Origin: Squalus acanthias
Taxonomy: Eukaryota
Length of the DNA stretch: 64,000 nucleotides
Direction: 5' to 3'
Assembly: GCA_030390025.1 (NCBI GenBank)
Contig: CM059438.1
Location: 61,010,001-61,074,000, forward strand
A program made the translations under genes and the position numbers. Positions 11,083-22,894 of the stretch are shown here, one piece after another (position 1 is the stretch's first letter; each line of letters opens with the position of its first letter). The notes beneath the pieces were generated by a model, which worked only from the letters and a program-made list of their open reading frames with translations, was not told the origin of the DNA and searched no databases.

Positions 11083-11559
11083 TGATTGGCTGGTTAATCC
11101 TATACAATAGGAAGGTTTCACTGGCTCCCACAACCCATACAATGAGGTGGCGGGGGAGGGGCAGTCAAGGGGAGAGGGGGTCACCCACTGAACACAAGTC
11201 GAGTATCCCGTTGGAATATCAACCCAGAATTCAGAGCTGGAGGCTCCAGTGTCCACTCCCCGGGACTGGTCTGGAGCGGGGCTTGAACCCGGCACCAACT
11301 CTAACTTCAAGAGGCTGGAATGTTGCCACTGAGCTAAAGGCTCGTTCTCAGGTAGCCCAGGTGACGCGTTGCTCTAGTCCCCTTTGACAGGAGCTGTCAG
11401 TCAATGTAGGGGGCGGTGCCAGGAATTCCATCTGACTGAGCTGGCGGGAGGGCGGAGAAAGCTCATGCCTGTTGTTTTCCACTTTCACATGAATTATCTC
11501 AAGGCCCCCCCGGTTCGATCCTTGGTTTCAGCAGCCTTGTTGAATGTCTGCTGGGGCTC

Positions 11560-11835
11560 AGGTGGTGGTTGCACTCTGGTCTGAGTCAGAAGGCTGACAC
11601 TTGGCACATACTGAGGGAGTTCTCCCCGGTGTCCTGGGGCCAATATTTATCCCTCAACCAACATCACTAAAACACACTGGTCATTATCACATCGCTGTTT
11701 GTGGAAGCTTGCAGTGCGCAAAGTGGCTGCCGCATTTCCTACATGACAACACTTCAAAAGTACTTAATTGGCTGTAAAGCGCTCTGAGACTCCCTGAGGT
11801 TGTGAAAGGTGCTATAGAAATGCAAGTCTTTCTTT
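11560..11835 (+). mobile_element. DeuSINE, internally deleted
   Basis: ctgagtcagaagg head remnant plus 3' half ending gctatagaaatgcaagtcttt. Confidence 0.7.
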
Positions 11836-12357
11836 TATCCCTGGGAAAGTGTGGCGAGGAGGCAGGGAGTCTGGTGCCTGATCAGACCTGCCCGCCACCT
11901 GCAAGCTCCGCCTGCCTCACGCTCAGTGATCCCAGCGTCTGCAGCTCAGCAAGTCAGGACGGAGCTCAGTGCTGCAGTCTCCAGCGCCGGCTCTCCTTTA
12001 TTCAAATGTAACCCCCGCTACTTTCTCAAATCTGATCGTGAGAACTCATAGCCTTATCAGAGGCAGCACCGAGATCGGACATTAATGTGGGACTCAGAAC
12101 TACCCTGATGGGACCACCCCGAGCAATAGGCCAGAATAATCCTTCTTGTGTGGGGGAGGGGTGGGGGGAGTGGAATTGCTACCCAAATTAAAGGGGCCGC
12201 ACCTTCATCAAACTGCGACTGACTTTCAGTTGTTCGCCAAGCTCGCGAGGAGATGAGATGAATCCCAGTGCAATGTGTGACAGAAAGGGCAAAGGGCACA
12301 CAGAACAATGTCCCATTGCCAAAATTCTCCGGCTTTTCACTCTCCTTGGTAAAAATA

Positions 12358-12795
12358 AGACTTGCATTTCTATAGCGCCTTTCACAACCTCAGGATGCCC
12401 TTACAGCCAATGAATTACTTTTGAAGTGTAGTCACTGCTGTAAGGTGGGAAAACACAGCAGCCAATTTGAGCACAACAAGCTCTCACAATCAGCAATCTG
12501 ATCATGACCAGATAATCTGTTTTTGTTATGTTGGTTGAGGGATAAGTATTGGCCAGGACACCGGGGAGAACTCCCCTGCTCTTCTTTGAAATAGTGGCCA
12601 TGGGATCTTTTACATCCACCTGAGGGGGCAGACGGGGCCTCGGTTTAATGTCTCATCCGAAAGACGGCACCTCCAACGGTGAAGTGCTCCCTCAGCACTG
12701 CACTGGGAGTGTCAGCCTGGATTGTGTGGCTCAAGTCTCTGGGGTGGGACTTGAATCCACAACCTTCTGAGAGAGTGCTATCCACTGAGGCACGG
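12358..12795 (-). mobile_element. DeuSINE (SacSINE1-like), full length
   Basis: Reverse complement of head, central block and tail seen in the other copies. Confidence 0.85.
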
Positions 12796-13210
12796 CAAGG
12801 GCACCTTAATAAAGACCAACCTTTTCCACCCCCACTGCATTAACATTGTAAATTTGCAGTTTACTTTAAACAAATCCTTCAATGGTAATAATGCCAAAAT
12901 TTAAGATAATAAACTTAACAGGGTTTGTGAGGAACGCTGGGAGGCGGATCGTTTTAACACAGAACCTGCGCGGAATACTGAAAGAATGTTTAAAATTAGC
13001 TGGCAGGTTGGATGCATTTAGCAGTCTGTCCCTGTCTCTCTCACACACACACTGATCACAGGATCTGGACTCTTAGTGACGATCAGGCGCATTTAAAGCA
13101 GAATTGAGACGATATATATATATACATATAATTTACACACACACACACATACATACACAAAAACTTTGTAAAATTTGTCGGAAGAACTGAAAATACTGAA
13201 CAGCACTTAC

Positions 13211-13258
13211 CCCAGCCACAGTGCAGAGCAGGATGACCAGATACACGAGTGTTTCCAT
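13211..13258 (-). CDS. ccn1: CCN1/CYR61-like, exon 1 coding part (signal peptide)
   Basis: gggATGG (good Kozak) METLVYLVILLCTVAG then perfect donor GTAAGT; 48 nt, phase 0 matches exon 2; lies ~460 bp downstream of a TATA box in a CpG-rich region. Confidence 0.88.
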
Positions 13259-13689
13259 CCCCTTTACCCTCAAAAAAAACCTGGTCAAAAAAATAAAGAT
13301 TCCTTCCCTGTTTTCTAATTACTTTTTTTTTGGAAAAAAAACTTTAAAAAAAAACAACAAAAGATCCTTGTGCAAAAGAGAAGTCGTCACAACTTGTCAC
13401 CCAGCTCCAGGTGGTCGGGTTAATTTCAGGTAAGTTTCAGCGGCGCCAGATCCACCTTGTTGCTAAAGAAACATTAAAGAACAGGGGGGAACTAGGAGGA
13501 GGAAAATAAACTTTCCCTGTTTGTTTTTTTTTGTTTTGGGGAGTTAAAGTGCGCACCAGTCGAGATCTAGCACTGACTTTCTCGGTCGGTCCTGTTATTT
13601 TGGTTTTCTTCCCCCCACCAAGTGCTGCTCTCACTGATGTTCTTGTCTTTCTCTAGGCGGTGTCAAACACTGAACACCGCGGGTCGCAG

Positions 13690-13860
13690 TTCATTCAGCC
13701 GCTGTGAGATGTCGCTTGTTTTTATAGCCAGGGGCGCTGGTCTTATCCCCTCCCCTCCACTTTCTCCCCTCCCACGGCCCCCGCGTCACCGCCTGGCCGC
13801 TCTCGGAGCACAGATCCCCGGCGCCAGAGCCAAACACCTTCCGCCGTGGAAACCCAGCCA
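13690..13860 (-). promoter_or_regulatory. Core promoter of the CCN gene
   Basis: TATAAAAA at 13726-13719, GATAAG at 13747-13742, half-CRE TGACG at 13788-13784, GC/CpG-rich context; TSS inferred near 13695. Confidence 0.7.
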
Positions 13861-14857
13861 AGAACAGACCGACACCAAAAAAAAACACCATCAAGAGAGA
13901 GAAAAAACAGAAACTTTAACAAACCGATTTCCCTAAAACAGTTCTATTTATTTAACTTTCAGTAAAGCATCTTATTAAAACAAACTTGCTACTTAAATTT
14001 CTTCATTTATTATCCTTTTAAAAAAAATGAACCTCTCCTTGTAAGATTAAACCTGCTGCAAACCCCACGATTTGTGAATCTCGGTGTAAAATGTACCTCA
14101 TTTCCCAGGTCAATGTGATTTAAATGTGCTTTTTTCATCTCTGTGCCTCCCCTTTGACTAAAGCTGAAACTCGTTCTGAAATCGGCCCATTTAATTCATT
14201 TTTCCGATTTAATTCATCCTGCGGTTTAATATCACCCAAACTTGGCAACAAAGTTTAAAAAAAAAATTAAATGCTTCTTACAGGAGCATTTAAAAAATGG
14301 ATTTAAAATGCTTATTTGTTTTGGGAGTAATGCGGATTAAATGTCAGGATGAGAGGTGAAAGTCCACGTGCCGGGGCTGGGGATGGAGAGTTGAGTTGAG
14401 TTATGCAACAATCCAGTTATCAGCTACTGTTTCCCTTCTAGATACAGATTAACTATTTGCACCTAAATCCCAGTCAATTAGAATTGATGTAAAAGTGTAG
14501 GGCTTCAGAGTTGTAAAAACAACAACACAAAAATCAGAAGGAATCGCTCAATATTTACATTTCCATTATTGCTCGTCTCCGAAGCAACTAAGTGTGTTTT
14601 GCAGATAACACGAATTCCATTCATTCCAGCCACTGCAGCCGGCGGGTCAATTCTGATTGAAGCTTTTCTTTCCCTCCTCTGCCGCTCATTCCCAGGTATC
14701 TGCCGTACCGGCCGCTGCTGCTGGGCGGCGCTGTTTCCACGCGGCTCCAGCCCATCAGCAAGCCGGCCAGGCAGCAACCGCGACCCCGTCTCACTGCTGG
14801 CTGCACTGACACCTCTCTCAGTTTGGAACTTCTTCAATTTTATTTTTCTTACTTTTC

Positions 14858-17800
14858 TCACTCTCTGATATATCCCACCTTCCTCACTGTAACACTCTAT
14901 GATATACCCCACACCCTTCACTGTAACACTCTCTGATATACCCCACACCTCTCAATGTAACACTCTCTGATATACCCCACACGACTCACTGTAACACTCT
15001 CTGATATACCTCACACTCTCACTGTAACACTCCCTGATATACCCCACACCCTCACTGTAACACTCTCTGATATACCCCACACTTTCACTGTAACACTCTC
15101 TGATATACCCCACACTCTCACTGTAACACTCCCTGATATACCCCACACCCTCACTGTAACACTCTCTGATATACCCCACACTTTCACTGTAACACTCTCT
15201 GATATATCCCACCTTCCTCACTGTAACATTCTCTGATATACCCCACACCCTTCACTGTAACACTCTCTGATATACCCCACACCTCTCACTGTAACACTCT
15301 CTGATATACCCCACACTTTCACTGTAACACTCTCTGATATACCCCACACCCTTCACTGTAACACTCTCTGATATACCCCACGCCCCTCACTGTAACACTC
15401 TCTGATATACCCCACACTCTCACTGTAACACTCCCTGATATACCCCACACCCTCACTGTAACACTCTCTGATATACCCCACACTTTCACTGTAACACTCT
15501 CTGATATATCCCACCTTCCTCACTGTAACATTCTCTGATATACCCCACACCCTTCACTGTAACACTCTCTGATATACCCCACACCTCTCACTGTAACACT
15601 CTCTGATATACCCCACACTTTCACTGTAACACTCTCTGATATACCCCACTCCCTTCACTGTAACACTCTCTGATATACCCCACACCCCTCACTGTAACAC
15701 TCTCTGATATACCCCACACCTCTCACTGTAACACTCTCTGATATACCCCACACTTTCACTGTAACACTCTCTGATATACCCCACACCCCTCACTGTAACA
15801 CTCTCTGATATACCCCACACCTCTCACTGTAACACTCTCTGATATACTCCACACTACTCACTGTAACACTCTCTGATATACCCCACACTCTCACTGTAAC
15901 ACTCCCTGATATACCCCACACTCTCACTGTAACACTCTCTGATATACCCCACACTCTCACTGTAACACTCCCTGATATACCCCACACCCTCACTGTAACA
16001 CTCCCTGATATACCCCACACCCTCACTGTAACACTCTCTGATATACCCCACACTTTCACTGTAACACTCTCTGATATACCCCACACTCTCACTGTAACAC
16101 TCCCTGATATACCCCACACCCTCACTGTAACACTCTCTGATATACCCCACACTTTCACTGTAACACTCTCTGATATATCCCACCTTCCTCACTGTAACAT
16201 TCTCTGATATACCCCACACCCTTCACTGTAACACTCTCTGATATACCCAACACCTCTCACTGTAACACTCTCTGATATACCCCACACTACTCACTGTAAC
16301 ACTCTCTGATATACCTCACACTCTCACTGTAACACTCCCTGATATACCCCACACCCTCACTGTAACACTCTCTGATATACCCCACACTTTCACTGTAACA
16401 CTCTCTGATATACCCCACACTCTCACTGTAACACTCCCTGATATACCCCACACCCTTACTGTAACACTCTCTGACATAGCCCACACTTTCACTGTAACAC
16501 TCTCTGATATATCCCACCTTCCTCACTGTAACACTCTCTGATATACCCCACACCCTTCACTGTAACACTCTCTGATATACCCCACACCCCTCACTGTAAC
16601 ACTCTCTGATATACCCCACACCTCTCACTGTAACACTCTCTGATATACCCCACACTTTCACTGTAACACTCTCTGATATACCCCACACCCCTCACTGTAA
16701 CACTCTCTGATATACCCCACACCTCTCACTGTAACACTCTCTGATATACTCCACACTACTCACTGTAACACTCTCTGATATACCCCACACTCTCACTGTA
16801 ACACTCCCTGATATACCCCACACTCTCACTGTAACACTCTCTGATATACCCCACACTCTCACTGTAACACTCCCTGATATACCCCACACCCTCACTGTAA
16901 CACTCTCTGATATACCCCACACCCTCACTGTAACACTCTCTGATATACTCCACACTCTCACTGTAACACTCTCTGATATACCCCACACCCTCACTGTAAC
17001 ACTCCCTGATATACCCCACACCCTCACTGTAACACTCTTTGATATACCCCACACTCCTCACTGTAACACTCCCTGAAATATCCCACACCCTCACTGTAAC
17101 ACTCTCTGATATACCCCACACCCTCACTGTAATATACCCCACACCCTCACTGTAACACTCTCTGATATACCCCACACCCTTACTGTAATATACCCCACAC
17201 CCTCACTATAAATATACCCCACACCCTCACTGTAATATACCCCACGCCCTCACTGTAACACTCTCTGATATACCCCACACCCCTCACTGTAGCACTCTCT
17301 GATATATCCCACACCCCTCACTGTAACACTCACTGATATATCCCACACCCTCACTGTAACACTCTCTGATATACCCCACACTCTCACTGTAACACTCTCT
17401 GATATACCCCACACTCTCACTGTAACACTCTCTGATATACCCCACACCCCTCACTGTAACACTCTCTGATATACCCCACACCCTCACTGTAACACTCTCT
17501 GATATACCTCACACCCTCACTGTAACACTCTCTGATATACCCCACACCCCTCATTGTAACACTCTCTGATATACCCCACACTCCTCACTGTAACACTCTC
17601 TGATATACCCCACACCCCTCAGTGTAACACTCCCTGATATACCCCACACCCTCACTGTAACACTCCCTGATATACCCCACTCTCCTCACTTTAACACTCT
17701 GGTATACCCCACACACTCACTGTAACACTCTCTGATATACCCCACACCCTCACTGTAATATACCCCACACCCTCACTGTAATATACCCCACACCCTCACT

Positions 17801-18105
17801 GTAACACTGTCTGATATACCCCACACCCTTACTGTAACACTCCCTGATATACCCCACTCCCTCACTGTAACACTGTCTGATATACCCCACCCTCCTCACT
17901 GTAACACTCTCCGATATACCTCACACCCTCACTGTAACACTCTCCAATATACCCCACAACTCTTACTGTAACGGTCTCTGATATACCCCATCTCCTCACT
18001 GTAACACTCTTGGATGTAACCCACACCCCTCACTGTAACACTCTCTGATATACCCCACACCCTCACTGTAACACTCTCTGATATAATCCATCCTTCTCAC
18101 TAACA
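14858..18105. repeat. 33/34-bp satellite array, left arm (~95 copies)
   Basis: Unit ctcactgtaacactctctgatataccccacacc. Confidence 0.97.
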
Positions 18106-18109
18106 CTCG

Positions 18110-19573
18110 ATTCAGGAACCGTTCCTTTAGATTGGAAAATTGCACATGTCACTCTGCTATTTAAGAATGGCGAGAGAGGGAAACCAGGTAATTATAGATC
18201 AGTTAGCCTAACATCTTTTGTCGGGAAATTGCTGGAGTCTATAATTAAGGATAGGGTGACTGAACACCTCAAAAATATTTAGTTGATCAGTTGATTGCAG
18301 TGAGAATGATGGATTTGTGAATGGTAGGTCATGCCTGACAAACCTGATTGAACTTTTTGAGGAAGTGACTAAAGTAGTGGACAGGGGAATGTCTATGGAT
18401 GTTATTTATATGGACTTTGAGAAGGCAATTGATAAAGTCCCACATAAGAGACTGTTAACTGAGGTAGAAGCCCAAGGAGTTAAGGGCAAATTATTGACCT
18501 GGTTAGGAAATTGGCTGAGCGGCAGGAGATGGGTAGTAGGGATAATGGGTAGGTACTCAAATTGGCAGGATGTGACTAGTGGTGTCCTGCTGGCATCTGT
18601 GTTGGGGCCTCAACTATTCACAGTGTTTATTAACGACTTAGATGATTGCATAGAAAGTCATATATCCAAATTTGCCGATGACACAAAGATAGGCGGCATT
18701 GTAGGCAGTGTAGATGAAAGCATAAAATTACAAAGGGATATTGATAGATTAAGTGAATGGGCAAAACTGTGGCAAATGGATTTCAATGTAGGCAAATGTG
18801 AGGTCATCCACTTCAGACCTAAAAAGGATAGAACAGGGTACTTTCTAAATGGTGAAAAGCTAAAAACAGTGGAGGTCCAAAGAGACTTGGGGGTCCAGGT
18901 ACACAGATCATTAAAATGTCGTGAACAGGTACAGAAAATAATCAAAAAGGTTGATGGAATGCTGGCCTTTATATCTAGAGGACTAGAATACAGGTGGGTA
19001 GAAGTTATGCTGCAGATATGCAAAACCCTGGTTAGACCACACCTGGAGTACTGTGAGCAGTTCTGGGCACCACACCGTAGGAAGGATATATTGGCCTTGG
19101 AGGGAGTGCAGCGTGGGTTTACCAGAATGATACCCGGACTTCAAGGGTTAAGTTACGAGGAGAGATTACACAAATTAGGGTTGTATTCCTTAGAATTTAG
19201 AAGGTTAAGGGGTGATCTGATCGAAGTTTTCAAGATATTAAGAGGAACAGATAGAGACAAACTATTTTCGCTGGTTGGGGAGTCTAGGACTGGGGGCATA
19301 GTCTAAAAATTAGAGCCAGACCTTTCAGGAGTGAAATTAGGAAACACTTCTACACACAAAGGGTGGTAGAAGTTTGGAACTCTCTTCCGCAAATGGCAAT
19401 TGATGCTCGATTAATTGTTAATTTTAAATTGGAGAGTGATAGCTTTTTGTTAACCAAAGGTATTAAGGGATGTGGGCTGAAGGCAGGTATATGGAGTGAG
19501 GTCACACATCAGCCATGATCTCATTGAATGGCGGAACAGGCTCGAGGGGCTCAATGGCTTACTCCTGTTCCTA
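18110..19573 (+). mobile_element. 5'-truncated CR1 LINE (RT fragment) inserted in the satellite
   Basis: ORF 18317-19306: GRSCLTNL, YMDFEKAIDKVPH, SVLGP, FADD, LVRPHLEYC; CR1 3'UTR with tgttcctat tail. Confidence 0.93.
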
Positions 19574-19892
19574 TCACAGAATCACAGAATCCCCACAGTG
19601 CAGATAGAGGCCATTTCGGCCCATCGAGCCTGCACCGACACATATCCCACCCTATCCCCGTAACCCCACGTGTTTAATCCCCCTAACACTTTGGGTCAAT
19701 TTATCATAGCCAAATCAACCTAACCCGCACATCTTTGGACTGTGGGAGGAAACCGGAGCACCCGGAGGAAACCCACGCAGACACGGGGAGAATGTGCAAA
19801 CTCCACACAGACAGTCACCCGAGGCCGGATTCGAACCCGGGTCCCTGGCGCTGTGAGACAACAGTGCTAACCACTATGCCACCGTGTTGCCC
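19574..19892 (-). mobile_element. HE1-like V-SINE inserted in the CR1 tail
   Basis: Minus strand: ggcaacacggtggcatagtggttagcac...gggttcgaatcc, V-domain gtgtggagtttgcacattctccccgtgtctgcgtgggtttcctccgggtgctccggtttcctcccac, CR1-derived tail (attctgtg)n; cctat on both flanks. Confidence 0.88.
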
Positions 19893-19904
19893 TATGTTCC
19901 TAGC

Positions 19905-20480
19905 ACTCACCGATATACTCCATCCTTCACACTGTAACACTCTCCGATATACTCCATCCTTCACACTGTAACACTCTCCGATATACCCCATCCTTCATAC
20001 TGTAACACTCTCGGATATACCCCATTCTCCTCACTGTAACACTCTCGGATATACCCCATTCTCCTCACTGTAACACTCTCGGATATACCCCATTCTTCTC
20101 ACTGTAACACTCTCAGATATACCCCACACCCTCACTGTAACATTCTCGGATATACCCCATTCTCCTCACTGTAACACTCTCGGATATACCCCACACCCTC
20201 ACTGTAACACTCTCAGATATACCCCATTCTCCTCACTGTAACACTCTCAGATATACCCCACACCCTCACTGTAACACTCTCGGATATACCCCATTCTCCT
20301 CACTGTAACACTTTCAGATATACCCCACACTCTCACTGTGACACTCTCTGATATACCCCATTCTCCTCACTGTAACACTTTCAGATATACCCCACACCCT
20401 CACTGTAACACTCTCTGATATACCCCATTCTCCTCACTGTAACACTCTCGGATATACCCCATTCTCCTCACTGGAATACT
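19905..20480. repeat. 33/34-bp satellite array, right arm (~17 copies)
   Basis: Variant unit ctcactgtaacactctcggatataccccattctc. Confidence 0.95.
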
Positions 20481-21570
20481 GTATCACTGCAAGACTGGAG
20501 GGGGTTACAGAGATAGGGAGGGGCGAGACCATGAAACAAGAGAGAGAGAGAGAAGGATCTTATCTACACTGGGCAGTGGGCAAAGCTCTGAACACCAGGA
20601 GTGAGATTTATGAGCAGAAAGAAGGTGAGACAGATCAGGAACCCACTGATCCACACAGTGGTGTGTGTGGTGGAGGGGGAGCGGGGCACGGTGGTATGTG
20701 GCATTGGTCTGGTCACCATGAGGGTAAATGTTATTTTGCGCCTCTCCTGGTGACCCCCACGGGAGCGCTACTGTAACATGTTACACTCCCACCTGTGGTT
20801 TTCCATCTGTTGAGCTGAATGGACTAAAAATCGGTGACTGGACTTCCGCAGTTTTGGAAATAGGCACTCCCGTCACATTCCGGGAGCAGCAGATGAACAT
20901 TTTAATCCTCTATGTATCGTGACGCAGCCCCATTGTAAACATTTTCCTTCTAAGTCAGTACACGTGGCAACCAGAGGAATTCTCCCCCTTCCAGAGAGTT
21001 GCCTTTATTCCCAAGAGTGAGAGACTGCTGACATCCAGCTCCAAGACGTGATCCATCCTTTCGCCATTATTCCTGCCCTGAACCTCGACTCCCTGATCAA
21101 TCGGGAATTGATCCGGTTCCTTTTTTGAATGGCCGCTCCTGCAGAATGAGTGCTTACCAGCTCCACAAGTCAATGGGTCTGACTGGGAGGACAGAGCGAT
21201 GGCCTTCGCCTAAGCCAAGGTGTCTTGGGCATGCACTGTGGATGGATGATACCTGGCTGGGGACGCATGTCTTCTCCGTGGCCTGCTGGTCAGAAGAAAA
21301 GACATTTGAAGAAAATTGCTGTCAGTTCGGAGAATCCCTGAATAGTGACAGAAGAGAGGGCTGGGTGTGAGAGTTGGCACTGTGAGGCCAGACTGCTGTA
21401 GAAAAGAATTCTGCAAACCTTCATTTTGAAATTTAGTTTGTAAATTAGGATGCTGGAGGTGCGAGAGTACAGAATCTATTTGGAAATAATTTTGTTGGCA
21501 GATTAAATGGCTCATTAAGTGCTTTCAATGGGTGGGGCGCATTATGTTGTGATGAGTGTGGAATTTCGAA

Positions 21571-21835
21571 ATGTAGGAACAGAAGGAGGCCATTCAACTC
21601 CTTGAGCCTGTTCTGCCTTCAATTAGATCATGGCTGATATGCACCTCAAGTCCATCTACCCGCCTTGATTCTGTATCTCCTAATACTCTTGCCCAACAAA
21701 AACCTATCAATCTCAGTTTTGAAATTTTCAATTGACCATCAGCCTCAACGGCTTTTGGAAGGAGAAAGTTCCTGATTTCCACTACCCTTTGTGTGAAGAA
21801 GTGCTTCCTGACATCACCCCTGAACGGTCTAGCTC
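21571..21835 (-). mobile_element. CR1 LINE 3' fragment
   Basis: Minus strand aggaagcacttcttcacacaaagggtagtggaaat...atcagccatgatctaattgaa. Confidence 0.8.
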
Positions 21836-22062
21836 AAAGACTGTTAGGCTGGAGATGTGTGGCTACATTATGTCGCAAAGTGCACAGGAGCAGTTTGAAC
21901 ACTGAATCCATGAGCCAGAGGTGAATACTCTTTGCAATGCTCTGTAAGAATAGCTTGTCACTCTTCATTTCTGAACGGGCTTGGAAGTGAGAATTCTCAC
22001 TTGAAATGCAATGTGAGAAGTCGCACAACACCAGGTTATAGTCCAACAGTTTTATTTAAAAT

Positions 22063-22098
22063 TACGAGCTTTCGGAGCTGCTGCCCCTTCGTCAGGTA
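22063..22098 (-). ncRNA. Minimal type-I hammerhead ribozyme motif (left arm)
   Basis: Exact reverse complement of 22606-22641. Confidence 0.7.
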
Positions 22099-22605
22099 GA
22101 GGTACATTGAGGGAATCTATTACACAGTATATATACACAGAGAGCAATTTGTCTGCAGAGATACAATCTGTTAGGAAGGCATTACATCAAAGACACATCA
22201 GAGTACAGCTAAGACAATGAGGTGGGTCACAGGGGGTCCAACGTGTCAAATGTTGCCGTCTGCAGTTGAGCTTTTAACTTTTTTTTTTTGGGTTGTTTTT
22301 TTTTTTGGTTGGGTTTTTTTTGGTGTTTTTTCTTAAAACTGGAAAGACAGACAATGATGTCGCGTCACGTTCTGTAGCGTGAACCAACCAAAAAAAAAAA
22401 CCAACCAAAAGAAAAGGAAAAAAAAGTTAAAAGCTCAACTGCAGACGGCAACATTTGACACGTTGGACCCCCTGTGACCCACCTCATTGTCTTAGCTGTA
22501 CTCTGATGTGTCTTTGATGTAATGCCTTCCTAACAGATTGTATCTCTGCAGACAAATTGCTCTCTGTGTATATATACTGTGTAATAGATTCCCTCAATGT
22601 ACCTC

Positions 22606-22641
22606 TACCTGACGAAGGGGCAGCAGCTCCGAAAGCTCGTA
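22606..22641 (+). ncRNA. Minimal type-I hammerhead ribozyme motif (right arm)
   Basis: TAC-CTGACGA-A-GGGGC-AGCA-GCTCC-GAAAG-CTC-GTA: stem I TAC/GTA, core CUGANGA and GAAA, stem II 5 bp, palindromic AGCT stem III, CUC triplet. Confidence 0.72.
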
Positions 22642-22894
22642 ATTTTAAATAAAACTGTTGGACTATAACCTGGTATTGTGCGACTTCTCATTTTTGTCCA
22701 CCCCAGTCCAACACCAGCATCTCTGCATCAGAAATGCAATGTGTAAGAGGAGGAACATTAACAATGATATCAAGACCAGACACATCCTCTCTATGGTCGG
22801 GTGCGATGAAACAATCAATGTCATGCTGTGCCAACCTGTCATGGAAGGCTTAAAATGCTGCATGAAAATTCTCCCAAGTTAATCCAGTCACAGT

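Larger units (their letters stand above)
22014..22730. mobile_element. Penelope-like element remnant: inverted pseudo-LTR pair with 3' extension
   Basis: 273-bp arms 22014-22286 / 22418-22690 (one mismatch seen), 40-nt extension 22691-22730, 13-bp TSD gaaatgcaatgtg (22003-22015, 22731-22743), hammerhead motif and AATAAA in each arm. Confidence 0.85.

Noticed and set aside
13427..13435. Perfect plus-strand splice donor CAGGTAAGT suggesting an antisense transcript
   Set aside because: A single 9-mer is expected by chance at this window size; no supporting exon
14952..17487. Repetitive ORFs (VGYIRECYSE)n and a CRISPR-like appearance of the arrays
   Set aside because: Translations of a satellite; repeats are contiguous with no unique spacers, no cas genes, eukaryotic context
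19810..19892. tRNA gene-like A/B boxes here and at SINE heads
   Set aside because: They are the tRNA-derived heads of SINEs, not complete cloverleaf genes
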